From Micrococcales bacterium (GTDB lineage: Bacteria; Actinomycetota; Actinomycetes; Actinomycetales; WQXJ01): 64,000 nucleotides of DNA. The stretch lies in contig WQXJ01000003.1 in NCBI GenBank assembly GCA_009784895.1, positions 17,602 to 81,601 on the forward strand, written 5' to 3'. Each line of letters starts with the position of its first letter. Positions within the stretch are counted from its first letter, which is position 1. Below the pieces are notes generated by a model. It saw only the letters and a list, made by a program, of their open reading frames with translations, was not told where the DNA came from and made no database searches. Below are positions 8,485 to 17,693 of this stretch, one piece after another. Made by a program: the position numbers and the translations under genes.

Positions 8485-9384
8485 TCACCAGGTTCCGTAG
8501 ACCGCCTCAGAATTCGCGCTGACCTGGGCACATGCGGCCTCGAGTGGCATTGACATGGCGCTGGCCAGGCGCCGCATAGTCAGTGCCGCTAGGTATGGGG
8601 CATTGGCCCGGCCGCGGTACGGTTCGGCCGTCAGGTAGGGGGCGTCGGTTTCCAGAAGCACGCCCGATGCCGGCAGCTCGCCGACCGCCTCGACCAGGCC
8701 TTTGGCGTTGGCGAAGGTAATGGTTCCGGCAAAGGAGCAGTACCAGCCTCGCTCGGCGCAGATACTGGCGAGTTCGGCGCCGGCCGAGAAGCAGTGGAAA
8801 ACGGTGCGTTCCGGCGCGCCGACCGCCTCGAGGGTTTCGACCACCTCGCGGTGGGCGTCACGGTCGTGGATTTGAAGGGCCAGGCCCAACTCCTTGGCCA
8901 GGGCGATGTGGTCCTTAAAGGCTTCGATTTGGGTGTGGTGGTGTTCGGGGCCGGTGCGGTAGAAGTCCAAGCCGGTCTCGCCAATTGCTCTGACCCGCGG
9001 GTTGTCGATGGCCCATTGGCGGATCTGGTTGAGTCCGTCTTGGTAGGCGCCCTTGGCCTCAAGCCTGGGCGCTTCATTGGGGTGAATGGCAATGGCGCCA
9101 AGTACGGCGGGGTTCTTGACCGCTTCGGTGGCGGTCCAGTAGGCCGAGTCCAGGTCGCAGCCGCATTGGACTATCCGATCCACCCCCACGGCGCTAGCCT
9201 TTTCGACTTGACTATCCAAGCTCAGGGCCGGTCTGGGCCACTGGCCTGGCTCAATGTGGGTGTGGTTATCCACCACCGGCGCCGGCAGGGGTTCCGGCAG
9301 CGGCGGGTATGAACGGTCCTTGGCCAATTTGGCTGTCCCCCTGTCCGCCGCGCCCACCCCAACCGCGAGGTCGAGCTTTCGCAT
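8485..9384 (-). CDS. TatD family metal-dependent hydrolase
   Basis: 299 aa. The VVDNHTHI metal-binding start, GETGLDFYR, and other TatD-family histidines/aspartates (QIHDRDAH, FHCFS, LETDAPYL). Confidence 0.88.
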   Translation of the reverse strand: MRKLDLAVGVGAADRGTAKLAKDRSYPPLPEPLPAPVVDNHTHIEPGQWPRPALSLDSQVEKASAVGVDRIVQCGCDLDSAYWTATEAVKNPAVLGAIAIHPNEAPRLEAKGAYQDGLNQIRQWAIDNPRVRAIGETGLDFYRTGPEHHHTQIEAFKDHIALAKELGLALQIHDRDAHREVVETLEAVGAPERTVFHCFSAGAELASICAERGWYCSFAGTITFANAKGLVEAVGELPASGVLLETDAPYLTAEPYRGRANAPYLAALTMRRLASAMSMPLEAACAQVSANSEAVYGTW

Positions 9385-9462
9385 GACATCATGCCAGGCC
9401 TCAACCTCGCGGGTGTTGGTGCTGCTGAGCTCGCCGGTGGTGGGGCCGCCTGGCGCGGCCGG

Positions 9463-11298
9463 CTAGCCCTGGGAGCGCAGGCGGTCGAGTTCCTCTTCCA
9501 CCACCGAGTCATCTAGCTTGGCGAAAACCGGGCTGGGTTTGGGTACCACTTGGCCGGCCGGGATTGGCTCGCGTCGCCAGCGGGGCACAGCTTGGCCGTA
9601 GTCGCCGGTCAAAATCGGGTAAGACCTGGATGGATCATCCAAATCGGTGACCTGCTCGATCCGCACCTTGCCGCCAAAATCACGCACAAAGCCCAAGGCC
9701 TGGTCAACGGCCTGGGCAGCATGGGGCAAATAGGGCGCCAGCAGCGTATTGCAGTCGCTGACCGCCTGGGCTGCGGTGTGGAGGATGCTCGCCATACGCA
9801 AGCGAGCGGCATCGTCGCCCTTGGCCAGTTTCCAGGGCGCGGTCTCGGCCAGGTAGGCGTTGACCTGGGCAACCGCTTTCATGGCGGCGGTGATACCAGC
9901 CTTTTGCCGATGCCGCGCAATTAGGTCGCTAACCTCGGTGAAAGCCGCCTCGGTGGCGGCCAAGACGGCTCGGTCGGCCTGCTCCAGCGCTTCTGGCCCG
10001 TGCGCGGCCGGGATGGCGCCAAGGTTCTTGTGGATCAAATTTACCGTACGGTTAACCAGATTGCCCCAGGCGGCGACAAGCTCGTCGTTGTTGCGGCGTT
10101 TGAATTCAGCCCAGGTGAAATCCGAATCTTGGTTTTCAGGACCGGCCACGGCGATGAAATAGCGCAAAGCGTCTGGTTGGTAGCGTTCCAGCAGGTCACA
10201 GACGTAGATTACGACCCCACGGGAGGAACTAAACTGCTTGCCCTCCATTGTTAGGAACTCCGAAGAGACCACTTCTGTGGGCAGTTGCAGGCGGCCAAAT
10301 CTGCCCGGCTGACCGCCGTGCGAGCCCTCGCCGTCGTAGCCCAGCAGCTCAGCCGGCCAAATCTGGGAGTGGAAGGTGATGTTGTCCTTGCCCATGAAGT
10401 AGTAGGCCTGGGCCTCGGGGTTGTTCCACCACTGGCGCCACTCCTCGCTGTCACCTTGGCCGGCCAGTGCCCGCCGTCTGGCCCACTCGATCGAAGCGCT
10501 GAGGTAGCCCACCACCGCGTCGAACCAAACATAGATCCGCTTGGCGGACTGGTCTTCCCAGGTCGGCAGGGGCACCGGGATACCCCAGTCGATGTCGCGA
10601 GTCATGGCTCGGGGCTTAACTTCATCAAGCAGGTTGAGCGAAAACCTGAGCACATTGGGGCGCCAATTGCTGCGCGAGCCCAGCCAAGTCGCCAGGGCAT
10701 CGGTCAGAGCCGGCAGGTCCAGGAAGAGGTGCTCGGTTTCGATGAACTTGGGAGTCTCACCGTTAATACGGGAGCGGGGACTGATCAAATCGACCGGGTC
10801 GAGCTGATTGCCACAGTTGTCGCATTGGTCGCCGCGGGCCGAATCGTCGCCGCAAATGGGGCAGGTGCCTTCGATGAACCGATCCGGCAAAGTCCGGCCG
10901 GTTGAGGGTGAAACCGCGCCTTTGGTAGTGCGTTCGACCAGGTAGCCGTTCTTGTACACCTGACGAAACATCTCTTGTACCACTTGGTAGTGGTTGCGGG
11001 TGGTGGTACGGGTGAAGAGGTCATAGCTCAGCCCAAGCCTATGTAGATCCTCGACAATGACCCGGTTGTAGCGGTCGGCCAGAGCCTGCGGGCTAACGCC
11101 GTCTTGTTCGGCTTGGACCAGAATCGGTGTGCCATGCTCGTCGGTGCCACTAATCATCAGCACTTCGTGGCCGGCCATCCGGGCCGCCCGGGAGAAAACG
11201 TCTGAAGGCACACCAAACCCAGCAACGTGACCAATATGGCGCGGCCCGTTGGCATAAGGCCAAGCCACCGCGGAAAGCACCCGTGTCATGGCCCCCAA
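9463..11298 (-). CDS. metG: Methionyl-tRNA synthetase
   Basis: 611 aa. The HIGH-type motif [14 protein letters not shown], a zinc knuckle CPICG...CDNCG, and the KMSKS-equivalent region KQFSSSRG. Confidence 0.95.
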   Translation of the reverse strand: MGAMTRVLSAVAWPYANGPRHIGHVAGFGVPSDVFSRAARMAGHEVLMISGTDEHGTPILVQAEQDGVSPQALADRYNRVIVEDLHRLGLSYDLFTRTTTRNHYQVVQEMFRQVYKNGYLVERTTKGAVSPSTGRTLPDRFIEGTCPICGDDSARGDQCDNCGNQLDPVDLISPRSRINGETPKFIETEHLFLDLPALTDALATWLGSRSNWRPNVLRFSLNLLDEVKPRAMTRDIDWGIPVPLPTWEDQSAKRIYVWFDAVVGYLSASIEWARRRALAGQGDSEEWRQWWNNPEAQAYYFMGKDNITFHSQIWPAELLGYDGEGSHGGQPGRFGRLQLPTEVVSSEFLTMEGKQFSSSRGVVIYVCDLLERYQPDALRYFIAVAGPENQDSDFTWAEFKRRNNDELVAAWGNLVNRTVNLIHKNLGAIPAAHGPEALEQADRAVLAATEAAFTEVSDLIARHRQKAGITAAMKAVAQVNAYLAETAPWKLAKGDDAARLRMASILHTAAQAVSDCNTLLAPYLPHAAQAVDQALGFVRDFGGKVRIEQVTDLDDPSRSYPILTGDYGQAVPRWRREPIPAGQVVPKPSPVFAKLDDSVVEEELDRLRSQG

Positions 11299-11479
11299 GC
11301 TTAGGGGATGGGCGGGCGACCTTTGCCGGCTGCGATCTGGGGCGTCTGCGCCTGGCAGCTGCGGCGGCAGCGCTTAGGCAGCACCGCCCAAAGAGGCGGG
11401 CCGCCGCCTGGCGATGCGGCACCGGCGGACCTCTAAGGCTGTCAACGCAGACGGAAATGCACCCCTCTAGGATTGGGCC

Positions 11480-12064
11480 ATGGCCCAAAACCACCGCGCT
11501 CTGATCATTGTTGACGTCCAGCCAACCTTTTGCGAAGGCGGCGAACTGCCGGTGGAGGGCGGCAATGCCACCGCCCAGGCCATCGCCGGTTTTGTGACCG
11601 CCCACCCGGATAACTACTGCCTGGTGGTGACAACTCAGGACTGGCACATCAAACCCGGCGACCACTTCGCTGACCAGCCAGATTATGTCGACTCCTGGCC
11701 ACCGCACGGCCTGGCTGGCAGCGCCAACGCCGAACTTCACCCGGCCCTGGCTGACCTCAGGGCCAATGTCTCGGTCAAAAAAGGACAATTCGCCGCCGCC
11801 TATTCCGGTTTTGAGGGCGTCGACGCTTTGGGTCTGCCCCTGGTTGAGCTGCTGAACCTGGCCGGAATCAAGGCCGTTGACGTAGTCGGCATTGCCGAAT
11901 CGCATTGCGTCATGGCCACCGCCCTTGACGCGGTCAAACACGGGCTGGATTGCCGGGTGCTGACCGACCTGACCGTGCCGGTCACCGAAGAGCTGGGCCA
12001 AGCTGCCCGCGAGCGCATGGCCGCAGCCGGTGTCAAACTCGAACCCACCACCGCCGTAGCCTGA
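11480..12064 (+). CDS. pncA: Isochorismatase-family hydrolase, nicotinamidase/pyrazinamidase-like
   Basis: 194 aa. ALIIVDVQPTFCEGGELPV, QDWH, WPPHGLAGS, and the catalytic-Cys context GIAESHCV. Confidence 0.78.
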   Translation: MAQNHRALIIVDVQPTFCEGGELPVEGGNATAQAIAGFVTAHPDNYCLVVTTQDWHIKPGDHFADQPDYVDSWPPHGLAGSANAELHPALADLRANVSVKKGQFAAAYSGFEGVDALGLPLVELLNLAGIKAVDVVGIAESHCVMATALDAVKHGLDCRVLTDLTVPVTEELGQAARERMAAAGVKLEPTTAVA

Positions 12065-12098
12065 CCTGCACTAATACCGCGAGACTGAGCTTTGGCAT
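12065..12098. repeat. 34-nt repeat copy immediately after the pncA stop (CCTGCACTAATACCGCGAGACTGAGCTTTGGCAT)
   Basis: 32/34 identical to 58868-58901. Contains the GCGAGACTGAG variant of the repeat core. Confidence 0.9.
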
Positions 12099-12154
12099 GG
12101 GGGCCGGTGCGGAGAACATGGGCCGGGGCGGAGGACATGGGCCGGTGCGGAGAA
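12096..12154. repeat. Three tandem 19-21-nt units (CATGGG(GG)CCGG(T/G)GCGGAG(A/G)A)
   Basis: Read directly: catgggggccggtgcggagaa / catgggccggggcggagga / catgggccggtgcggagaa. Confidence 0.85.
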
Positions 12155-12315
12155 AGCGGCGTCGTCTCGCGCCGTGACTTGGGGCGATGCGACGCATCGC
12201 CAAAGTCACATGCCCGGAGCCAAACCCTGACGACGCCCCTTACCCCGCCCCTCTTTTTTGGGCCCTTGGGTTTCGTGCAAAAGCTCAGTCCCGCAGTGGA
12301 GGAGGGGTCTGAGCT

Positions 12316-13245
12316 TTAGGTTTGGTGGCGGGCTGCTAGGACCGCTTGGTAAACGGCCCGGCGCGAATAACCGTGAGCGGCGGCCTCGGCGGCGGCTGCG
12401 TCTTTGAGGCTGTCGCCGGCCTCGACGCGGGCTTCTACCGCCACCACCACGGCCTGTGGGACGTCAGGGGTCTCCACCTCTTGGCCGCCTTCAAGGTTAA
12501 GGTCTGCCACTACCGCCTGCGGTCCCTGGGCTTGGGTGCCGCGCGCCTGGCTGGTTTGGGCGCCGGCGACTACCACTGTGACCTCGCCAAGTACGCCGTG
12601 GCTGGCCCAGTCGGCTAGCTCGGCCAGCGAACCGCGACGAACCTCCTGGTGAACCTTGGTCATTTCGCGGCAAACCGCTCCGGGCCGGTCTGGGCCAAGG
12701 TGGTCGCGCAGCTCGGCCAGGGTTTGGCCAAGGCGGCGCGGCGACTCGAAAAGAACGATGGTGCGCCGCTCGGTCGCCAATTCCTCCAGCCGGCCGCGCC
12801 GGCCTTTGGATCTAGGCAAGAAGCCTTCGAAAACGAAGCGTTCGGCCGGCAGGCCAGACAACAGCAGGGCCGTGGTGACGGCGCTTGGACCAGGTGCCAC
12901 GCCCACGTCTAGCCCGGCATCAATCGCCGCCCGAGTCAAAACAAAGCCGGGGTCTGAAACCAAGGGAGTACCGGCATCGGACACCAAGACCACCAGACCC
13001 GAACGCGCCGCCGCCAGCAGCTGCTCCACCCGGGAACGCTCATTATGGTCATGCAGCGAGACAATCCGCCCGCCAGGCTGGACTTTGAGGCGGCGAGCCA
13101 GATCGAGCAGTTTGCGGGTGTCTTCAGCGGCAATTACATCGGCCTGGACCAGCAGGCGGCACAGATGGGCTGAGGCGTCTTCGGCCCGGCCCAGCGGCGT
13201 AGCGGCGATGACCAAACCGGTTATTGTCCGGTCAGTTCGATCCAT
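12316..13245 (-). CDS. rsmI: 16S rRNA (cytidine1402-2'-O)-methyltransferase RsmI
   Basis: LVIAATPLGRAEDASAHLCRLLVQADVIAAEDTRK..VSDAGTPLVSDPG (tetrapyrrole-methylase fold). I placed the start at the internal ATG at 13245 (MDRTDRT...). The track ORF extends to 13380, but that extension has no family-like sequence. Confidence 0.86.
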   Translation of the reverse strand: MDRTDRTITGLVIAATPLGRAEDASAHLCRLLVQADVIAAEDTRKLLDLARRLKVQPGGRIVSLHDHNERSRVEQLLAAARSGLVVLVSDAGTPLVSDPGFVLTRAAIDAGLDVGVAPGPSAVTTALLLSGLPAERFVFEGFLPRSKGRRGRLEELATERRTIVLFESPRRLGQTLAELRDHLGPDRPGAVCREMTKVHQEVRRGSLAELADWASHGVLGEVTVVVAGAQTSQARGTQAQGPQAVVADLNLEGGQEVETPDVPQAVVVAVEARVEAGDSLKDAAAAEAAAHGYSRRAVYQAVLAARHQT

Positions 13246-13303
13246 GCCCGTACCATATAGGCCCGTGAGACCTGGGCTCGCCAGCCACCTCGGCAGGCTG
13301 CGC

Positions 13304-14818
13304 ATGACCGCGGCCCGCTTGCCCAATTGGTGGCCGATGCTGGCGGTGTTGGTCCTAGCTGCCCTAATGCGGTTCGTCAACTTGGGCTTCCCACAAAAGC
13401 TGATCTTTGACGAGACCTACTACGTCAAAGACGCCTATTCGCTGCTCAACCATGGCGTCGAGCTGAGCTGGGCGGAGGACGCCAACCCAGCATTCGAAGC
13501 CGGCGATTTCTCCTTCCTCCAGACCACCGGCCAGTACGTGGTCCACCCGCCCCTGGGCAAATGGCTGATCGCCTTCGGTATGTGGCTGTTTGGACCCGAA
13601 TCCGCCTTTGGCTGGCGCTTTTCCGCCGCCCTGGCCGGCACTTTGTGTGTGCTGCTGGTAATGCTGATTGCCCGGAGGCTCTTCAACTCACCTGTCTGGG
13701 CCGCCCTGGCCGGGCTGTTCATGGCGGTCGACGGGCAGTCGCTGGTGTTGGCGCGCACCGGCTTGCTTGATATTTTTTTGACGCTGTTCACGCTGCTGGC
13801 GCTGTGGTTAGTGCTAAAGGACCGCGCCGTGATGGATGCCCGCTTGGCGGCGCTGCGCCGGCGACCGGTGGGCCACGGGCGACTGGGCCAGCCGCTCTAT
13901 GACCGCAGCCGCCTGGGCCCAGGCCTGGGTATGCGCTGGTATCTGCTGGCGGCCGGGGTCTCACTGGGCCTGGCCTGTGGCGTGAAATGGTCCGGGCTGT
14001 ATTTCGTGGCCGTGCTGGGTCTATTGGTGGTGGTCTGGGATTGTTGGGCCCGGCGGCAAGCCGGCGTTCGCTGGTGGCCCCTGGCCGGGGTGTTGCGCGA
14101 CGGGATCAAAGCCTTTGCGCTGATGGTGCCAGTAGCCTTGGTGGTCTACCTGGGCTCTTGGACCGGCTGGTTGGTGACCAAATCCGGCTACATGCGTGGG
14201 TGGGCCGCCGCCAACCCGGGCCAAGGTCTGACTTGGCTGCCACCCGGTTTGCGCTCACTGGTGGCCTACCACCAGATGGCTTGGGGTTTTCACACCACGC
14301 TCGACAAACCGCACGACTACCAGTCCAAGCCCTGGGACTGGATGATCCAGTGGCGGCCAACTTCGATGTTTCTCGAGCACGAACCGACCTGCGGATCCGG
14401 TGCTTGCACCCAGGCCATCACCGCCCTTGGTAACCCGCTGATTTGGTGGTTTGGGCTGGTTGGCTTGGGCGCGGTGCTATGGGCGGCCGTGATCTGGGCT
14501 GACCGAAGGGCTTGGATTATCCTGGCCGGCTACATCGCCGGCTGGGTGCCGTGGCTGTTCTTTGCCGACCGCACCATCTTTAGTTTCTATTCAGTGGTCT
14601 TTGTGCCGTATGTGGCGCTGGCCTTGACCTTTGGGCTGGGTAAACTGCTTGGACCACCGGGCGCAACAACCTCTCGCGGCGAGGTTGGCCGGATTTTGGC
14701 CGGGTCGGCTGTGGTCCTAATCCTGGCCGCTGCGGCCTTGTTCTGGCCTATTTGGACCGGCGCTTCGATTGCGGATTGGTATTGGCAGTTCCACTACTGG
14801 CTACCGTCCTGGTACTAG
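13304..14818 (+). CDS. Dolichyl-phosphate-mannose protein O-mannosyltransferase (PMT family, GT39-like)
   Basis: Polytopic membrane protein. RFVNLGFPQKLIFDETYYVKDAYS carries the PMT DE motif. The track ORF starts at 12656, but its first ~215 aa are antisense to rsmI. Start taken at the in-frame ATG at 13304; the ATG at 13244 is also possible. Confidence 0.83.
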   Translation: MTAARLPNWWPMLAVLVLAALMRFVNLGFPQKLIFDETYYVKDAYSLLNHGVELSWAEDANPAFEAGDFSFLQTTGQYVVHPPLGKWLIAFGMWLFGPESAFGWRFSAALAGTLCVLLVMLIARRLFNSPVWAALAGLFMAVDGQSLVLARTGLLDIFLTLFTLLALWLVLKDRAVMDARLAALRRRPVGHGRLGQPLYDRSRLGPGLGMRWYLLAAGVSLGLACGVKWSGLYFVAVLGLLVVVWDCWARRQAGVRWWPLAGVLRDGIKAFALMVPVALVVYLGSWTGWLVTKSGYMRGWAAANPGQGLTWLPPGLRSLVAYHQMAWGFHTTLDKPHDYQSKPWDWMIQWRPTSMFLEHEPTCGSGACTQAITALGNPLIWWFGLVGLGAVLWAAVIWADRRAWIILAGYIAGWVPWLFFADRTIFSFYSVVFVPYVALALTFGLGKLLGPPGATTSRGEVGRILAGSAVVLILAAAALFWPIWTGASIADWYWQFHYWLPSWY

Positions 14819-14869
14819 CTAGCAATAGTGCTAGCATTGCTGCATGCAGCTTGAGCAAGGGGGTGCGGC

Positions 14870-15121
14870 TTGGAACGACGCACGCTAACGGTGAGGGCTC
14901 TACCGCCTGAAACCTACGAAGGGCTAAAGGAGATCGCTGCCCACCACGGCCGGTCAATGGAGGCTGAGGCGCGCCAGATCCTTCAAAGCAGCACCAACCG
15001 GCTGCTGCGTTGGACCCGGGATGCGGTCCTGGCCGACCTGTCAGGTCGCGCCGATCTGGCTGATCTGGCGACCCCATACGTGCGATCGGCTGATACCCCA
15101 CGGCCAGCTGACCTTAGATGA
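14870..15121 (+). CDS. FitA/VapB-type antitoxin (Arc/RHH-like)
   Basis: 83 aa. TLTVRALPPETYEGLKEIAAHHGRSMEAEARQIL. 4-nt overlap with the downstream PIN gene. Confidence 0.7.
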   Translation: MERRTLTVRALPPETYEGLKEIAAHHGRSMEAEARQILQSSTNRLLRWTRDAVLADLSGRADLADLATPYVRSADTPRPADLR

Positions 15122-15558
15122 AACTGGTCCTTGACACCATGGTCGCCTCCGAGCTTCGGCGAGCCAGGACCGGCCGGGCAAGCCCAGCGTTCGCGGCTTG
15201 GGCCGAAGCGGCTCCACTGGCGAAAGCTTTCATCTCGGTCATCACCCTGCACGAAATGGAGGTTGGCTGTCTGCTGACCGAGCGCCGGGACCCGACGCAG
15301 GGCCTGGTCTACCGGGACTGGCTAGAAATGTTGGTTGAGGCATTCGAAGGCCGGGTAGTCCCCGTCAGCCGGGAGGTTGCTTCGGCAGCGGCTGCCTTTC
15401 ATGTGCCTGATCCGGCGCCCTTCGCTGATGCTCTAATTGCGGCCACAGCGGTGGTGCTTGGCGCCTCGGTGGCAACACGGAACGTTGGTGACTTCGCCCG
15501 CTTTGAAGTGCCATTGGTCAACCCGTGGGATGGCCCTGAGGCTTGGACGGGCGGCTAA
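15118..15558 (+). CDS. PIN-domain toxin (VapC/FitB-type)
   Basis: 146 aa. N-terminal LVLDTMV acidic residue, ITLHEMEVG, FADALIAATAVVLGASVATRNVGDF. Confidence 0.8.
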   Translation: MKLVLDTMVASELRRARTGRASPAFAAWAEAAPLAKAFISVITLHEMEVGCLLTERRDPTQGLVYRDWLEMLVEAFEGRVVPVSREVASAAAAFHVPDPAPFADALIAATAVVLGASVATRNVGDFARFEVPLVNPWDGPEAWTGG

Positions 15559-15594
15559 GTGGCACATCCGCTTTTGTCTCGCGGATTGGGCCAG

Positions 15595-15774
15595 GTGCGG
15601 TACCTCGGTCTCGCTGCAAATGTGGGGTTGACCTGTACTTTTGTCGCGAAGTTGAGCATTGGCAGAGCATTGCCTGTTGCCCGATGCCGGCCCCCACCTC
15701 AGTGTCACGGGCTTGGCCGTGTGCGGTACCTCGGTCTCGCTGCAAATGTGGGGTTGAGCTGTGCTTTTGTCGTG
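15595..15774. repeat. Two 54-nt direct repeats (15595-15648 and 15721-15774; period 126) upstream of ilvD, each containing the CTCGGTCTCGC core
   Basis: GTGCGGTACCTCGGTCTCGCTGCAAATGTGGGGTTGA(C/G)CTGT(A/G)CTTTTGTCG(C/T)G is read twice. Confidence 0.9.
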
Positions 15775-15839
15775 TCACTGGGGCAGCTCGCATCCCAGCG
15801 TAGGCTTGGGGGACGCAACGAGCCAGAAAGACCCAAGTC

Positions 15840-17693
15840 ATGCCACAGCTGCCAAAACCCTCTGATCTGCTGACTCAGCCGCGCCATATGGCCGGCGCCC
15901 GCGCCCTACTGCGCGCCGCCGGGGTAGCCCGCGAAGACTTTGGCAAGCCGATTATCGCTGTGGCCAACTCTTTCACCGAGTTTGTGCCCGGCCACACCCC
16001 CCTAGCCCAGGCCGGCCGGATCGTCTCTGAGGCCATCAACCAAGCCGGGGGCATTGCCCGGGAGTTCAACACCATCGCCATCGATGATGGCATTGCCATG
16101 GGCCACGGCGGCATGCTCTACTCGCTGCCCAGCCGGGACCTGATTGCCGATTCGGTCGAATACATGGTCTCAGCCCACCGGGCCGATGCTCTAATCTGCG
16201 TCACCAATTGCGACAAGATCACCCCGGGCATGCTGATGGCAGCCATGAGGTTGAACCTGCCCACGATCATTGTCTCCGGCGGGCCAATGGAGGGCGGCAG
16301 CGCCACCTTGACCAACGGCCAAACCCGCCAGCGCCTTGACCTGGTCGACGTCATGAGTGAAAGCGCCAACCAGGCCACCACCGACGCAGACCTGCAGCGC
16401 ATCGAAGAGGCCGCCTGCCCCACCTGCGGTTCTTGTGCAGGGATGTTCACCGCCAACTCGATGAACTGCCTGTCCGAGGCCTTGGGCCTGGCCCTGCCGG
16501 GCAATGGCACGCTGGTGGCGACCCACACCGCCAGGCGGGAGCTATTCGAAAGGGCGGCCGCCGGCATAGTCCAACTGGCCAATCGCCACTACCAAGATGG
16601 CGACCAGAGCGTCCTGCCCAGAGCTATCGCCACCCAGGCGGCGCTCACCAACGCCATGACACTCGACATCGCTATGGGCGGGTCGACCAACACAATCCTG
16701 CACATTTTGGCGATCGCCCAACAGGCCGGGGTTGGCTTTGGCCTGGACCAGATCGAGCAATTGTCGCGGCGCGTGCCCTGTTTGGCGAAGATCTCTCCCA
16801 ATGGCAGCGCTTTGGTTCAAGACGTCCACCGAGCCGGCGGGATTCCAGCCATTCTGGGCGAGTTGCGCCGGGCTGGGCTGTTGGACGATTCGGTTAGCAC
16901 CGTTCACGCCAGCTCGCTGGCCGAGTGGCTCGACCAGTGGGATGTGCGCTCCGGCCAGGCTTCCGACGCGGCGCGGCGACTGTTTTTGGCGGCGCCGGGT
17001 GGGCGTTATTCGCCTGATGGCATGAGCCAGTCAGAGTATTTCGAGTCGCTTGACCTTGACGCGGCGGCGGGCGTGGTGCGTGATGCGGCGCACGCCCATT
17101 CAGCCGATGGCGGTTTGGCGGTCCTGCGCGGAAACCTGGCCTTGGACGGGGCGGTGGTTAAGACCGCCGGGGTGGACGAGTCGATTTGGCAGTTCGTAGG
17201 CCCGGCGGTGGTTTTCGAATCACAAGAGTCCGCTGTTGAAGGCATTTTGGGCGGCGCGGTCAAAGCCGGCGACGTGGTGGTGATCCGCTACGAAGGACCG
17301 GCAGGCGGGCCCGGCATGCAGGAAATGCTCTACCCGACGTCCTATCTCAAGGGCCGCGGCCTGGGCAGAGACTGCGCCTTGATAACTGATGGCCGGTTTT
17401 CCGGCGGCACCTCCGGGCTGTCGATTGGCCATATCTCGCCCGAGGCCGCGGCCGGAGGGTTGATCGCCCTAGTCGAAGACGGCGATCTGATCCGGATCGA
17501 CGTGCCGGGACGGGGTCTGGAGCTGGATGTGCCAGCGGATGAACTGGCCCGCCGCCGCGATCAAATGGAACGCGGTCCTGGTTACTTGCCCCTTGGCCGC
17601 GACCGGCCTGTCTCTCAGGCCTTGCAGGTCTATGCCGCCCTGGCTAGCTCAGCCGACAAAGGGGCGGTGCGCGACATCAGCCGCCTTGGTTGA
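15840..17693 (+). CDS. ilvD: Dihydroxy-acid dehydratase
   Basis: 617 aa. [29 protein letters not shown], and the Fe-S cysteine context [18 protein letters not shown]. Confidence 0.95.
   Translation: MPQLPKPSDLLTQPRHMAGARALLRAAGVAREDFGKPIIAVANSFTEFVPGHTPLAQAGRIVSEAINQAGGIAREFNTIAIDDGIAMGHGGMLYSLPSRDLIADSVEYMVSAHRADALICVTNCDKITPGMLMAAMRLNLPTIIVSGGPMEGGSATLTNGQTRQRLDLVDVMSESANQATTDADLQRIEEAACPTCGSCAGMFTANSMNCLSEALGLALPGNGTLVATHTARRELFERAAAGIVQLANRHYQDGDQSVLPRAIATQAALTNAMTLDIAMGGSTNTILHILAIAQQAGVGFGLDQIEQLSRRVPCLAKISPNGSALVQDVHRAGGIPAILGELRRAGLLDDSVSTVHASSLAEWLDQWDVRSGQASDAARRLFLAAPGGRYSPDGMSQSEYFESLDLDAAAGVVRDAAHAHSADGGLAVLRGNLALDGAVVKTAGVDESIWQFVGPAVVFESQESAVEGILGGAVKAGDVVVIRYEGPAGGPGMQEMLYPTSYLKGRGLGRDCALITDGRFSGGTSGLSIGHISPEAAAGGLIALVEDGDLIRIDVPGRGLELDVPADELARRRDQMERGPGYLPLGRDRPVSQALQVYAALASSADKGAVRDISRLG

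Noticed and set aside
12656-13303. N-terminal extensions of track ORFs. Pmt from 12656, rsmI to 13380, galU from 33682, icd from 44574, CapA to 56418, the Fpg-like gene from 56488, the Bax-inhibitor gene from 27936, and the FmdB gene to 32872.
   Set aside because: The extensions are antisense to neighbouring genes, run through repeats or the terminator hairpin at 44617-44659, or lack family-like sequence. Internal starts with RBS-like sequences or conserved family N-termini fit better.
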